64,000 bases of DNA, taken from Candidatus Liptonbacteria bacterium. Its GTDB lineage: Bacteria > Patescibacteriota > Minisyncoccia > UBA6257 > 2-01-FULL-56-20. The notes under the pieces are model-generated. The model had not been told where the DNA came from. It was given only the letters and a program-made list of their open reading frames with translations, and ran no database searches. The position numbers and the translations under genes are program-made. Positions 28,781 through 39,146 of this stretch are shown piece by piece. Every line of letters begins with the position of its first letter. Positions within the stretch are counted from its first letter, which is position 1. The stretch lies in contig JAHFLL010000001.1 of the NCBI GenBank assembly GCA_023244895.1, positions 83,630 through 147,629 on the forward strand, read 5' to 3'.

Positions 28781-29125
28781 CTAGGACATGATGGCGTGAA
28801 GCAGGGCGAGGCAGGGCCCGCCCACGCTTCCGAGGAAGAAGCCGATCGCGATGACTATCGCGTAGACCTCCAGCGCGGAAGTGCGTGGCTTGCGCCGCTT
28901 GAGCTTCCCGGCCAGATTGGCGAGGAGGCAGAGCAATGGCATCACCAAGATCCAGGTCAATGCGCGCCCCGTGGCCTGGTCTTGCGGACTGGCGCTTGGC
29001 CAGCCTGAGGACATGAGCCACCAGCCGCCCCAGATCGCCGCCAGCAGGGCGAGGATCGTCGTGAGGACGACGGCCCACTCCCATTTGCCGCAATCGATTC
29101 CGTTCGCCGCCGTGACGCTTGTCAT
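28781..29125 (-). CDS. Orphan 3-TM membrane protein (GC-rich unit)
   Basis: TTGCCA..TGATATTTT promoter, GGAGGAG SD, three hydrophobic helices, hairpin 28717-28747. Confidence 0.65.
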   Translation of the reverse strand: MTSVTAANGIDCGKWEWAVVLTTILALLAAIWGGWWLMSSGWPSASPQDQATGRALTWILVMPLLCLLANLAGKLKRRKPRTSALEVYAIVIAIGFFLGSVGGPCLALLHAIMS

Positions 29126-29196
29126 GCGCTCCTCCAGTCTGTTGGGACCTAGCGCTAAAATATCACAACCAGAAAAGTTGGCAAATATGGAAACCC

Positions 29197-29640
29197 CTAT
29201 TCTCCCAAAACTAAAACTTGCACTTTGCGGGGCCGGGCTTGGTCCAGCTCTATGAATAAAATTCTCTGCCAGGTGCCGAGTTGAAGCTTCCCGTCAATTA
29301 AATTAAGAGTGACATTTCCGGAAAAGTGGACTGCTTTGCAATGGGCGTGGCCGTTGGCGCACTCCCCGTCGCAGACATTCACGGTGCGGATATCAAAATT
29401 ATCGTGACCGTACTCCTTCTCCCGGGAAGCAACTTCTTCAATATGCTTTTTTAAATCTTGCCAGAAGAGAGGCTCGTTTTCATTCAGAAAAAGACCGGTG
29501 GTGGTGTGAAGCGTTTGGACATTCACTAATCCGTTTTTTATTCCGCTCTTGCCGATAAATTCTAGAACCTGGTCGGTCAAGTCTATTATCTCTAAAGATT
29601 CTTTGGTCTGGTAGCTGAAAGTTGTATGCGCGGTTTTCAT
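29197..29640 (-). CDS. yjbQ: YjbQ/UPF0047 family protein
   Basis: HTTTGL..NENEP, NGHAH, LGTWQRILFIELD. Confidence 0.9.
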   Translation of the reverse strand: MKTAHTTFSYQTKESLEIIDLTDQVLEFIGKSGIKNGLVNVQTLHTTTGLFLNENEPLFWQDLKKHIEEVASREKEYGHDNFDIRTVNVCDGECANGHAHCKAVHFSGNVTLNLIDGKLQLGTWQRILFIELDQARPRKVQVLVLGE

Positions 29641-29676
29641 TTTGTAGTGTAATTTATCCCTGTTAACTTCTAACTT

Positions 29677-30450
29677 CTATCTATGAGGTTTAAGCAGGCT
29701 CAGAATAAATAAGCCGGTTGCTACTACCACTACTGTAGCGCCCAATTCCAAGGAGTATGTGCTTGCTATCAAATATCCCAGAACCATAGCTACTATTCCG
29801 AGCAGCGAAGACAGAACCAAGAATCTATTAAGAGAGTGGGTGAGTTGGCGAGCGGTAGCAGCCGGAATGATTATGAGCGATCCCACTAGGAGCGCGCCCA
29901 AGAACCTAAGACTTACTAATATGGCGAGCCCGAAGAGAAGCAGGAACCAAAGATTTACCCGGTCTACATTGACTTTAGCGGATGCGGCCAAGTCCGGAGA
30001 AAAAAGCGTGAGGATAAGCTTGTGCCGCAGCTGCCAGAGCGCGAAGATGATAAAGAGGCTGACCAAGCTGCCGAACCAGAATTCCGCCGACGATAATTTT
30101 CCGAATCCGCCGAAGAGAGCATCGATTAGTTCTTCGGTGGAGTTTATGAGGAGCGCGCCCAGGGCTACGGAGCTCGCGAATATCACGCCGATAACCGCTT
30201 CCGTGGTCAGGCTAGTTTTCTTCTGCAGCTGCCAGATTATCAGTATTCCCAAAAGAAGTGTCAGTCCCGCTCCAAACAGGGGATTTATTTTCCAAAGCAG
30301 GGCCAGTCCCAATCCGGGAATGGCGATATGAGACATAACGTCACCCGCTAGAATGGTTCGCTTCATAAGCGCGAACGCGCCGACTAGTCCCGCGGCCGCG
30401 GCAGCGATAAGCGCTAAGATAAGGGGTAAGGCTTGATCGTATAGCATCAT
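29677..30450 (-). CDS. Zn/Mn ABC transporter permease (ZnuB-like)
   Basis: GDVMSHIAIPG, LFG, GALLVGSLIIIPAATA. Confidence 0.9.
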   Translation of the reverse strand: MMLYDQALPLILALIAAAAAGLVGAFALMKRTILAGDVMSHIAIPGLGLALLWKINPLFGAGLTLLLGILIIWQLQKKTSLTTEAVIGVIFASSVALGALLINSTEELIDALFGGFGKLSSAEFWFGSLVSLFIIFALWQLRHKLILTLFSPDLAASAKVNVDRVNLWFLLLFGLAILVSLRFLGALLVGSLIIIPAATARQLTHSLNRFLVLSSLLGIVAMVLGYLIASTYSLELGATVVVVATGLFILSLLKPHR

Positions 30451-30458
30451 TTTATTTT

Positions 30459-31160
30459 TTATTCGTGTTGACCGTGATGATGCAGAGCGTGGTCCGGGCT
30501 GTATAGTTTACTGATCATCTCGGACGTGAGAGCCTGTTCCGGCGGGCCGAAGCAGATGCCTTCTCTATTCAGGCACAGCACTTGGTCGGCGTAGCGGTAA
30601 ACGATGCTCAGTTCATGGGATACCAATATTATGGATATGCCGTCTTTGGTCTTAAGCTCGTGCATCAAATCGTAAACGTGCTCTTCCGCGAGCTGGTCCA
30701 GACTGGCAGTCGGTTCGTCGAACAGTATCACGTTCGGTTTGCCTACCATCGCAAAGGCAATCAAAGCTTTCTGAAATTGCCCTCCGGAGAGATGTCCGAT
30801 GGGAGTGTTTAGTACTGCCGAAGATATTTTAAGTCGGGAAATAATATCGTTTACGTCGGAGTCTTTGATATTCTGAACATCTGCCTTGGCGCTGATGAGA
30901 TTCTTTGCCGTCATCGGCAGGTGGATGTCGGCGTCTATCTTTTGTGGCACGTAGCTTACTCTTGCATCCGGAGCCCACGCCGTTTTTCCGGAGTGTGGCA
31001 AAATTCCTAAAAGGGACTTAAGTAAAACTGTTTTTCCGGAACCATTCGGTCCGATAATAGCCAGAGTGCTGCCACGTTCCAGGTCAAAAGACAGGTTTTT
31101 TAGAACCTGTTTACCGTCCAGAGTGACGCCGAGATTGGATACGTTAAGAATTTTGTCCAC
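30459..31160 (-). CDS. Zn/Mn ABC transporter ATPase (ZnuC-like)
   Basis: GPNGSGKT, LSGGQFQ, DEPT, His-rich tail; start trimmed to GTG 31160. Confidence 0.9.
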   Translation of the reverse strand: MDKILNVSNLGVTLDGKQVLKNLSFDLERGSTLAIIGPNGSGKTVLLKSLLGILPHSGKTAWAPDARVSYVPQKIDADIHLPMTAKNLISAKADVQNIKDSDVNDIISRLKISSAVLNTPIGHLSGGQFQKALIAFAMVGKPNVILFDEPTASLDQLAEEHVYDLMHELKTKDGISIILVSHELSIVYRYADQVLCLNREGICFGPPEQALTSEMISKLYSPDHALHHHGQHE

Positions 31161-31270
31161 GGTCTTATAGCTTCGTGATTCTATAATAAAAGAAGGGTTT
31201 ACTCCAGACCTAATGTGGAAGCTCTCTGGGGGTCGTTTTGTGGGTTCGGTATTAGATGTATAATCTTCGT

Positions 31271-31573
31271 ATGCCTGAAAAAATAGATTTTCCGCCAACC
31301 CCAGTAGAGCAAGTATTTAATTCCAGCGAGCTAAGGGAAGCGCTTGGCTTTGTGTCCGCGGAATCAGTTGAGATAAAAAAATTTAACGAGTTTGATGGGA
31401 GGGAATACGTGACGAGCCTGGCGAATGGTGAGAATAATTTTGAAATAAAATCAGGCATGCCACTTCCGTTTATGCTTGATTTCTCAAAAGGACAGGGAGC
31501 GGGCCTCCAGTCTTTTCGGGATGGTTTGGGCAAGTTACTAAAGGAGGTAGAGGCGCACAATAACGGTAGCTAG
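31271..31573 (+). CDS. Hypothetical protein
   Basis: ATG 6 nt after TGTATAAT; fills the gap before dnaG. Confidence 0.55.
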   Translation: MPEKIDFPPTPVEQVFNSSELREALGFVSAESVEIKKFNEFDGREYVTSLANGENNFEIKSGMPLPFMLDFSKGQGAGLQSFRDGLGKLLKEVEAHNNGS

Positions 31574-31639
31574 CTGTTTTTCTCGCATATTTTGCGGGGT
31601 CTTGTCGGCTTAGTCTTTGTGGCATAAAATCCAAGCGAC

Positions 31640-33352
31640 ATGACGACCCTCTCTCCAGTTGAAGAAATAAAGCAAAAGCTGGACATTGTAGAATTTTTGC
31701 GCGGTTACCTGACGGTCCAGCCGGCTGGTAAGAATTTCAAGGCTAATTGTCCATTTCATAAAGAGAAGACTCCCTCCTTTATGATTTCTCCGGAACGCCA
31801 GTCCTGGCATTGTTTCGGCTGTGGCATCGGCGGGGATGTTTTCAGTTTCACGATGCGCTATGAGAACGTGGAGTTCGGAGAAGCGTTGCGCATTCTGGCG
31901 GACAAAGCCGGAATTGAACTGCGCAGGCTTAACCCCGCGGAATATAAATATACCGGACTCTTATATGAGCTAAATCAATTAGCCAAAGAATTTTTCCGCA
32001 AAGAGTTGGAGAATTCCCAAGAGGCGAAAAAATATCTCGCGGAGCGGGGCTTAAAACAAGAGACTATAAATGAGTTTGAAATAGGCTGGGCACCCAACAA
32101 GCCGGAAGCGTTGACCTTCCACCTCTTGAATATGAATTATCGGCCGGAAGATATGGTTCAGGCCGGTCTCTCTTTCAAGACCGACCGGGGAGCGCAGATT
32201 GATCGCTTTCGGGGCAGGATAATGTTTCCAATACATAATCATCTGGGCAAGGTGGTGGGATTTACGGGTAGGATATTGCCCCAGTTAGATAATGGCCAGA
32301 CCGGGAAGTATGTGAACAGTCCCGAAACTCCAATTTTCAATAAGTCCAAATTACTATACGGGTTCTGGAAGAGTAAGGACGCGATTCGAGACGCGGGCGA
32401 GGCGTTTCTAGTAGAAGGACAGATGGACTTTCTGATGAGCTATCAAACCGGCGTCAGAAATGTTTTCGCCAGTTCTGGCACGGCGCTCACTCCGGACCAT
32501 CTACGGGTTCTAAAAAGGATGTGTGAAAAGTTGGTGGTAAGTTTTGATAGCGACGCGGCCGGGCTCGCGGCAGGAGAACGGGCGATTGAGCTCGCGGAGG
32601 CAAACGATTTCCAGGTTAAAGTTCTTTCGCTGGGGAAATATAAGGATCCGGCGGAGGCCGCCCAGGCAGAACCAGAGTTTTTGAAGGAAACGGTCAAGAA
32701 TGCCCGCCCCGCCCCGGAGTTTTATTTTTTGCGCTACGGTTTAACCGGTCCGGTAAATCTGGGAGACAGAGAGGTCTTGGGAAGAGTGCGGGGCGCGCTT
32801 CAAAAATTAGCTCACATTGCGAGCCCGGTAGAGCGCTCTTACTGGCTAAAGGAGTTGTCCAAGAAAATCGGAGCAGACGAGGAGGCGTTGCGCGCGGAGA
32901 TGCAAGGAATCTCTGGTAAGCCCAGTCAAGAAGGTGTCGGCAAGGAGGCAATCAAAGAGAACCCGCCTGCCGAGCCGATTTTGCCGATTACGCGCTGGGA
33001 GCTATTGAGCCAAAGACTGCTATCTGCTATGCTGGCATTAAACAAGTTTGAATTCTTGGGCGAATCCGCCAAGTGCCTCGCGTCCGGCTACGAGCCGGTT
33101 TTAGACTTATTGCGGGCAGGGCAAAGACGCTCGGAAGATTTAAGGCTGGATGGAGTTTTGAATTTGATAGTATTGCGTTCAGAGGAGCTCTCGGAAAGCG
33201 AAATTTCCGAATTAAAAGAGCACCTGGTTCGCGAATATTCTAAGGAACGTCGCAAGGAACTGACTCAGGTTATCCGCCAGGCGGAAGCGAGAGGCGACGA
33301 AGCGGCGATGCAAAAAGCGATGGAGGAGGTAAGGGGGTTGCCGACATATTAA
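31640..33352 (+). CDS. dnaG: DNA primase
   Basis: CPFHKEKTPSF..CFGC, KYVNSPET, VEGQMD, FDSDAAG. Confidence 0.97.
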   Translation: MTTLSPVEEIKQKLDIVEFLRGYLTVQPAGKNFKANCPFHKEKTPSFMISPERQSWHCFGCGIGGDVFSFTMRYENVEFGEALRILADKAGIELRRLNPAEYKYTGLLYELNQLAKEFFRKELENSQEAKKYLAERGLKQETINEFEIGWAPNKPEALTFHLLNMNYRPEDMVQAGLSFKTDRGAQIDRFRGRIMFPIHNHLGKVVGFTGRILPQLDNGQTGKYVNSPETPIFNKSKLLYGFWKSKDAIRDAGEAFLVEGQMDFLMSYQTGVRNVFASSGTALTPDHLRVLKRMCEKLVVSFDSDAAGLAAGERAIELAEANDFQVKVLSLGKYKDPAEAAQAEPEFLKETVKNARPAPEFYFLRYGLTGPVNLGDREVLGRVRGALQKLAHIASPVERSYWLKELSKKIGADEEALRAEMQGISGKPSQEGVGKEAIKENPPAEPILPITRWELLSQRLLSAMLALNKFEFLGESAKCLASGYEPVLDLLRAGQRRSEDLRLDGVLNLIVLRSEELSESEISELKEHLVREYSKERRKELTQVIRQAEARGDEAAMQKAMEEVRGLPTY

Positions 33353-33412
33353 TAATTAGTAAGTAGATAGTGGTGGGCAGTAGGAGACGGGAAACAAAAA
33401 GACACAAACAAA

Positions 33413-34711
33413 ATGAAGAAGAAAAATAAAAAGAAGACCAAGCCGGTTAGAAAGATAAGAAAGGTATTAAAAAAGAAGAAATCTGCGAAAAAAGTTATTA
33501 AGAAAACGAAGAAGGCGGTTAAGAAAGTTGCCAAAAAAATAAAGAAGGCGAAGAAGGTCAAGAAGGTTGCTCACAAGAAGAAGCCGCTAAAAAAGTCCGG
33601 CAAGAAGGGGGAGAAAAAGGGTAAGGGTAAAATAGACACGGCGGCTCTAGAAGAGCTGATTGAGCGCGGCCGTCCGCGCGGATTTGTGACCGACAACGAA
33701 ATCCTTTATTTCTTTCCCGATATAGAAAAGGACGTTTCATTTTTGGACGAGGTCTATGATCGCCTAGAGAAAGCAAATATAAAAGTAATTGAGACAGAGG
33801 GTTTAATAAAAGTGGAGGAGAAGGATGAGCCGACCGAATCCGAATTGGCGGATTTGGCGAGTCTGGAGCGTGGCACTCCGGACGCGGTGCAGGTGTATTT
33901 GAAGGAAATCGGCAAGACGCCTCTCTTAACCAAACAAGAAGAGAGAGACTTGGCCAAGCGCTCGGATGCCGGCGACGAGGAGGCGAGACAAAAGTTAATG
34001 AAAGCCAACCTGCGCCTAGTGGTTTCTATCGCCAAGCGCTACGCCAACCGCACCCCCAACCTTTCTATTTTAGACCTAATCCAGGAGGGTAATATTGGTT
34101 TATCCCGCGCGGTGGAAAAATTTGACTATCGCAAGGGATTTAAGTTCTCAACCTACGCAACCTGGTGGATTCGCCAGGCGATTACGCGCGCCCTAGCGGA
34201 CCAGTCTCGCACTATTCGTATTCCGGTCCACATGGTAGAGACTATCTCTAAGTACGCGCAGGCCAGGCGTCAGATGATACAGGAGCTGGGCAGAGAGCCA
34301 CTGCCGGAAGAAATTGCCGCGGAAATGGGTCTGGACGTAGACAAGGTTTTGCATATCCAAAAAATTTCCCAAGAAGTTTTATCAATTGAGGCGCCGGTAG
34401 GAGATGAGGAGGATTCCACTCTATCCGACTTCATTCCGGACGAGAAGACAACCACTCCTTCTCAGCTCGCGGCACACGCTCTTTTGCGCGACTTACTCAA
34501 AGAAATAATGATAGATCTGACCGAGCGCGAGCAGAACATTTTGAAAATGCGTTTCGGCTTAGAGGATGGCGTGAGCCACACCCTAGAAGAGGTGGGTAAG
34601 GTTTCCGGTGTTACTCGCGAGCGTATCAGACAGATAGAAGCTAAGGCACTAGAGAAGATCCGCGACCATCACAAAGCTAAGGCGTTGGAAGGTTTTGATA
34701 GCTTGACTTAA
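33413..34711 (+). CDS. rpoD: Primary sigma factor with Lys-rich N-terminal tail
   Basis: [39 protein letters not shown]. Confidence 0.95.
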   Translation: MKKKNKKKTKPVRKIRKVLKKKKSAKKVIKKTKKAVKKVAKKIKKAKKVKKVAHKKKPLKKSGKKGEKKGKGKIDTAALEELIERGRPRGFVTDNEILYFFPDIEKDVSFLDEVYDRLEKANIKVIETEGLIKVEEKDEPTESELADLASLERGTPDAVQVYLKEIGKTPLLTKQEERDLAKRSDAGDEEARQKLMKANLRLVVSIAKRYANRTPNLSILDLIQEGNIGLSRAVEKFDYRKGFKFSTYATWWIRQAITRALADQSRTIRIPVHMVETISKYAQARRQMIQELGREPLPEEIAAEMGLDVDKVLHIQKISQEVLSIEAPVGDEEDSTLSDFIPDEKTTTPSQLAAHALLRDLLKEIMIDLTEREQNILKMRFGLEDGVSHTLEEVGKVSGVTRERIRQIEAKALEKIRDHHKAKALEGFDSLT

Positions 34712-34798
34712 TTATAATTTGATTATATAAAGTGGTCAGAAATCGGGGCCGTGTGGTCTCGAGTCTTTGAATCTGCCACCCCAATCTTAGGAGGAGCC

Positions 34799-35431
34799 GT
34801 GGAGCCGAAATTCCGCTACGCCGAAGTTGGTCTGTACGGCGGGAAAAACTGGCAAAGAGTCATATCTCTGTGCCGCCTCTTCGTGCAGCCGCTCTTCAGC
34901 TGCGCGATCGTTATCATCTTATGGCACATCATGATTTGGACGAAGCAGTACTACCCGCCCGCAATCGTGTCCATGGTGGAAAACACTCACCTGCAGTGGG
35001 TTGGCGCGATACACGGTGCGCTTGCAGTCTTCTTGTTGGTTTTCCAGAGTTCGGAAAATTGGAGCAAGATGATCGATGCCTTCGAGCTGGGCGAGGACGA
35101 CGAGTTCGTGAGGCTCATCCACAAGCAGGCCAATCCTCCGCCGGTGAAGTACGTCCTGCGAGTTACCGGGGCAGCGACCAACCTGCTCTCAATCAGCTTT
35201 CCAGTCTCCAATTACAACTGGAACCTGATACTGGTCTTCATCGTGGCCTTCATCGTGGCCATCCTGTGGGAGATGCTGATGGAGATGGAAAACCCCACAG
35301 ACGGAATCTGGGCCATCCTCAACATTCCTTTGAGGCTGGCGGAGAGAGTCAGGGATCTCAATCTCCCGAAGCGGCGGATGGATCGCTTCTGGGAGTGGCT
35401 GGCCAACCGCGTCGCGCCAGCCAAGAGCTAG
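34799..35431 (+). CDS. Orphan 4-TM membrane protein (GC-rich unit)
   Basis: AGGAGGAG SD before GTG 34799; hairpin gcgcccggg/cccgggcgc. Confidence 0.7.
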   Translation: MEPKFRYAEVGLYGGKNWQRVISLCRLFVQPLFSCAIVIILWHIMIWTKQYYPPAIVSMVENTHLQWVGAIHGALAVFLLVFQSSENWSKMIDAFELGEDDEFVRLIHKQANPPPVKYVLRVTGAATNLLSISFPVSNYNWNLILVFIVAFIVAILWEMLMEMENPTDGIWAILNIPLRLAERVRDLNLPKRRMDRFWEWLANRVAPAKS

Positions 35432-35527
35432 AGCGTGGAGAGCAATGCAAGCATCGCGCCCGGGTGAAGTTCCCCGGGCGCAGCTGTTTATTTGAATATC
35501 TGGCGGTTTTTCCATAAGATAGAGAGC

Positions 35528-37399
35528 ATGATGACGGTAAACGAGATTAGGCAGAAATATCTGGAATTTTTTAAGAGTAAGGGACACAGGGTAATCCCTT
35601 CCGCGTCCTTGGTGCCGGAGAATGACCCCACCACTCTTTTTACGAGCTCCGGAATGCAACCGCTAATCCCTTATCTTTTGGGCCAAGAGTATCCTTTAGG
35701 CAAACGTCTTGCGAACTCCCAAAAGAGTTTTAGGGCGGAAGACATAGAGGAAGTTGGAGATAATCGCCACACCACCTTCTTTGAAATGCTGGGCAACTGG
35801 TCCCTGGGTGATTATTGGAAGGAAGAGCAGCTGCCCTGGTTTTTTGAATTTGTAACAGATGTCCTAAAAATTGACCCGCAAAGATTATATGTATCAGTTT
35901 GGAGTGGTGCGGAGGGAGTTCCTAAAGATGAGGACTCTATCGCCATTTGGCAGAAGCTTTTTGGCGAGAAGGGAATAAAAGATGCCAAGTATGCCGAGAT
36001 GGTAACCGAAGAAGCTGCCTCCGAGCGGGGCATGCAACCGGGCGAACGGATTTTTGGATATCAGAAAAAAAACTGGTGGAGCCGTTCTGGCGCCCCGGAC
36101 AAGATGCCCGTGGGTGAACCGGGCGGACCGGATTCGGAGATGTTCTACGATTTTGATCCGAGTGGAGCGATGCATAAGCCGGAGTTCGGTAAGTATTGCC
36201 ATCCCAACTGTGATTGCGGGCGGTTTATTGAGATTGGTAACTCCGTATTTATGGAGTATCGCAAAAAAGAAGATGGTAGTTTTGAAAAATTGCCCCAGCG
36301 CAACGTGGATTTCGGGGGAGGCTTAGAAAGAATGGCGATGGTTCTAACCGGAACGCCAGATATTTTTGGAATAGATGTGTTTGCTAATATTAGCCGCTCC
36401 CTAGTAAAGTCTGGCGTTATATCAGGGAGTGTAGATATCCGTAGGCTGAGGGTGGTGCTAGATCATGCGCGCGCGGCTATATTTTTAGCCAACGACGGAG
36501 TGGTGCAGTCTAATAAGGGTCAAGGGTACGTGTTGCGAAGACTCGTGCGTCGAGCCGTAATGTTCGCGAAGCTACTTGATCTTAATGCTCCCTGGTTCGG
36601 CGTTGTTTTGGATTCTCTAACTGAAAGTTATCCCGAGCTTAAACAAAATAAAGTCTTTATAGAAACCACTCTAAGAGAAGAAATAGATAAATTTAGCGAT
36701 CTCATTGGAAGCGGAGCAGAAGAAATCCAAAAGACTTTTTCTAAGGGAATAACCGCAATAGATGCATTCAATCTTCATCAGACATATGGTTTCCCTTGGG
36801 AGCTTACCAAGGAGCTAGCCAAGGAGAGAGGGGTGTATATAGACGAGGATGAGGTTCAAGAGGAGTTCAAAAAGCATCAGGAGCTTTCCCGAACCGCTTC
36901 CGCTGGGGTTTTTAAAGGAGGACTCGCGGATAGTTCCGAAAAAGTGGTCAGACTACACACGGCAACGCACTTAATGAACGCAGCTTTGCGCAAGGTGCTG
37001 GGTGAGAGCGTCTGGCAGAAGGGTTCCAATATTACAGAAGAGCGTACCCGTTTTGATTTTACTCATGGCGAGAAAATGACTGAGGAGCAAAAGAAAGAAG
37101 TGGAAAAGATTGTAAATGACGTCATTGCGCGTGACTACGAAGTCAAAAAAGAAATTATGCCATTAGAAGAGGCGCGTAAGTTAAACGCCATCGGAGTGTT
37201 CGGCGAGAAGTATCCGGATACGGTGAGCGTTTATACGGTTTGGGACCCGAAAACCCAAGAGGTTTTTAGCCGGGAATTTTGCGGCGGTCCGCATGTGACC
37301 CATACGGGAGAAATTGGTAAGTTTAGAATTATTAAAGAAGAGGCGGTGGCGGCTGGAATTCGCAGAATTAAGGCGGGGGTGGGGGATGTAAATAACTAA
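35528..37399 (+). CDS. alaS: Alanine--tRNA ligase (short form without C-Ala domain)
   Basis: DPTTLFTSSGM, HTTFFEMLGN, HTATH, CGGPH; ends after GIRRIKA. Confidence 0.96.
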   Translation: MMTVNEIRQKYLEFFKSKGHRVIPSASLVPENDPTTLFTSSGMQPLIPYLLGQEYPLGKRLANSQKSFRAEDIEEVGDNRHTTFFEMLGNWSLGDYWKEEQLPWFFEFVTDVLKIDPQRLYVSVWSGAEGVPKDEDSIAIWQKLFGEKGIKDAKYAEMVTEEAASERGMQPGERIFGYQKKNWWSRSGAPDKMPVGEPGGPDSEMFYDFDPSGAMHKPEFGKYCHPNCDCGRFIEIGNSVFMEYRKKEDGSFEKLPQRNVDFGGGLERMAMVLTGTPDIFGIDVFANISRSLVKSGVISGSVDIRRLRVVLDHARAAIFLANDGVVQSNKGQGYVLRRLVRRAVMFAKLLDLNAPWFGVVLDSLTESYPELKQNKVFIETTLREEIDKFSDLIGSGAEEIQKTFSKGITAIDAFNLHQTYGFPWELTKELAKERGVYIDEDEVQEEFKKHQELSRTASAGVFKGGLADSSEKVVRLHTATHLMNAALRKVLGESVWQKGSNITEERTRFDFTHGEKMTEEQKKEVEKIVNDVIARDYEVKKEIMPLEEARKLNAIGVFGEKYPDTVSVYTVWDPKTQEVFSREFCGGPHVTHTGEIGKFRIIKEEAVAAGIRRIKAGVGDVNN

Positions 37400-37438
37400 T
37401 AATATATAACCAATAATAAATAACGGGGAGATTGAAAG

Positions 37439-38029
37439 ATGAAAAATATAATACTCATATCTCTCGTAATCCTAATCTTCTTAGGCGGAGCTTGGGTTAG
37501 TTATCTGATATTCGGACCGTCGCAAGATAAGGTCCAGATAAATTCTCAGACTATTTTGCAGAGCCTGCAGAGCAGGGGATTTCTAGTTACCGAAACTTAT
37601 ACTGCCGACCAGAAGGTGACTATAGACAATCGCACCGGCTCATTTTGGAAAGATTTGGCCTGGGGTCAGCTTATTACCGCGAGCGCCCTTATGAAGGTTG
37701 GCTTGGGCATAGACTTAATGAAGCTAAAACCTGAGGACGTTATTGTGTCGGGTAGGAAAGCTAAAATTAACTTGCCGGAGATAGAGGTTCAGAGCGTGGA
37801 GCTGGCTGGAGCAATAAGCCTTAAAAACGACCAGGGTATATTGAAGATGGTTTTGGACAGTGACGATGGCTACAATCAAGCTTTGGGGCAATTAAAAGAA
37901 GGGGTAAAGACTGCGGCCACGTCTCAAGAAGTAAAAAGTCTGGCGCGAAAGAGCGCGGAAGGGGAGATCGGCAGGCTGGTTGGATTTTTGTCTCCCGATT
38001 TAGAGATAGAATTTATCTGGCCACTCTAA
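37439..38029 (+). CDS. DUF4230-like membrane-anchored protein
   Basis: TM, KVGLGIDL, INLP pattern. Confidence 0.65.
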   Translation: MKNIILISLVILIFLGGAWVSYLIFGPSQDKVQINSQTILQSLQSRGFLVTETYTADQKVTIDNRTGSFWKDLAWGQLITASALMKVGLGIDLMKLKPEDVIVSGRKAKINLPEIEVQSVELAGAISLKNDQGILKMVLDSDDGYNQALGQLKEGVKTAATSQEVKSLARKSAEGEIGRLVGFLSPDLEIEFIWPL

Positions 38030-38032
38030 AAC

Positions 38033-39055
38033 CTAGGGGGTAGTAATGCTAATAGACAAGGGGAATTGTTTATACATCGCACGATATGCCAGTCGCGAGG
38101 TTTCTGATATGAAACGGGTTTGTCGGGTCATATCATTGCCCCTAGTCATGACACACAAGAGATACGGATTTTCGGGATAATATACTATTCCACAGTCGTG
38201 TATCTGAACCGGGTTTGTAAGACTATTGTCTACTCTCTCCCCAAACTTGTGAGCTACTTTTATCTTAGGGTTGGCGACACCAGAAACCAGTCCATCATTA
38301 AATTTAGTTTCGCTAAGCATTTTGAGTGCAGATTCCGAAGTGGTTCGGTTTAAATAGGAAGAATTAAAGAGTACACGATATAGAGCGGCATAATTTTTCA
38401 CGGAGATCGTTACGTTGTTGCCATTTCTTTCAAAATACGCCCCGACTTTATCCAGAGTGTCCAGAACATCTTGCACGGAAGAGTTTCTGGTTAGGGCGTT
38501 CGTGGATACGTTGTCGGACTTCAAAATCATATTCTCCAACAGCTCCTCAATAGAATAAGTTTTCCCTTCTTGGGCGCCTCCCGCCTCCGTTATGTTTTCG
38601 GCAAGGGAAGTTCTAACATCCTCGGGCGTGATTTTTATCTCCTTTTTCAACAAGGAGGCATCAAGCTCCGACTCTTTTAAATAGGACATTAATAATGGAA
38701 CCTTGAACATGCTGGCCGGCATGAAGCGGACGCCTTCATTTATTCCTAGCCACGGTCCATTATTAAGGTCTCTGAAATAAACCGAAAACTCTGCGATATT
38801 CATATCGCGGGCCAAGTTGCTTATAGATTTAACAGAGAAGTCTTCTAAAAAAGGCTCGCGGGCCAAGTTCTCGCCCGTATCGCAATCTAAAATAGGATTC
38901 GTGAATTTATATTCCGAACTGTTTTGTCTGATGAGCCTATCTATTCCGCCCTTGTTTTTGCTCCCGATATTAATTCCGGCAAGGGCTCCCAAAGACAACC
39001 CCAGAACGAAAAACAGGGCCATCCATGGAACTTTGTGCATCTTGGGTCGGTCCAT
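38033..39055 (-). CDS. Class A beta-lactamase-related serine hydrolase
   Basis: ASMFK (SxxK), SDN, HKFG, HDCGIVY; N-terminal TM. Confidence 0.85.
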   Translation of the reverse strand: MDRPKMHKVPWMALFFVLGLSLGALAGINIGSKNKGGIDRLIRQNSSEYKFTNPILDCDTGENLAREPFLEDFSVKSISNLARDMNIAEFSVYFRDLNNGPWLGINEGVRFMPASMFKVPLLMSYLKESELDASLLKKEIKITPEDVRTSLAENITEAGGAQEGKTYSIEELLENMILKSDNVSTNALTRNSSVQDVLDTLDKVGAYFERNGNNVTISVKNYAALYRVLFNSSYLNRTTSESALKMLSETKFNDGLVSGVANPKIKVAHKFGERVDNSLTNPVQIHDCGIVYYPENPYLLCVMTRGNDMTRQTRFISETSRLAYRAMYKQFPLSISITTP

Positions 39056-39146
39056 CTAACGTATATCAAGTTTCGCATTTTCAACTGTAAATAGCAAAAA
39101 ATTTATCCGGGTACTTTATTGAGTATGGTCGTGATAGAATATATGC

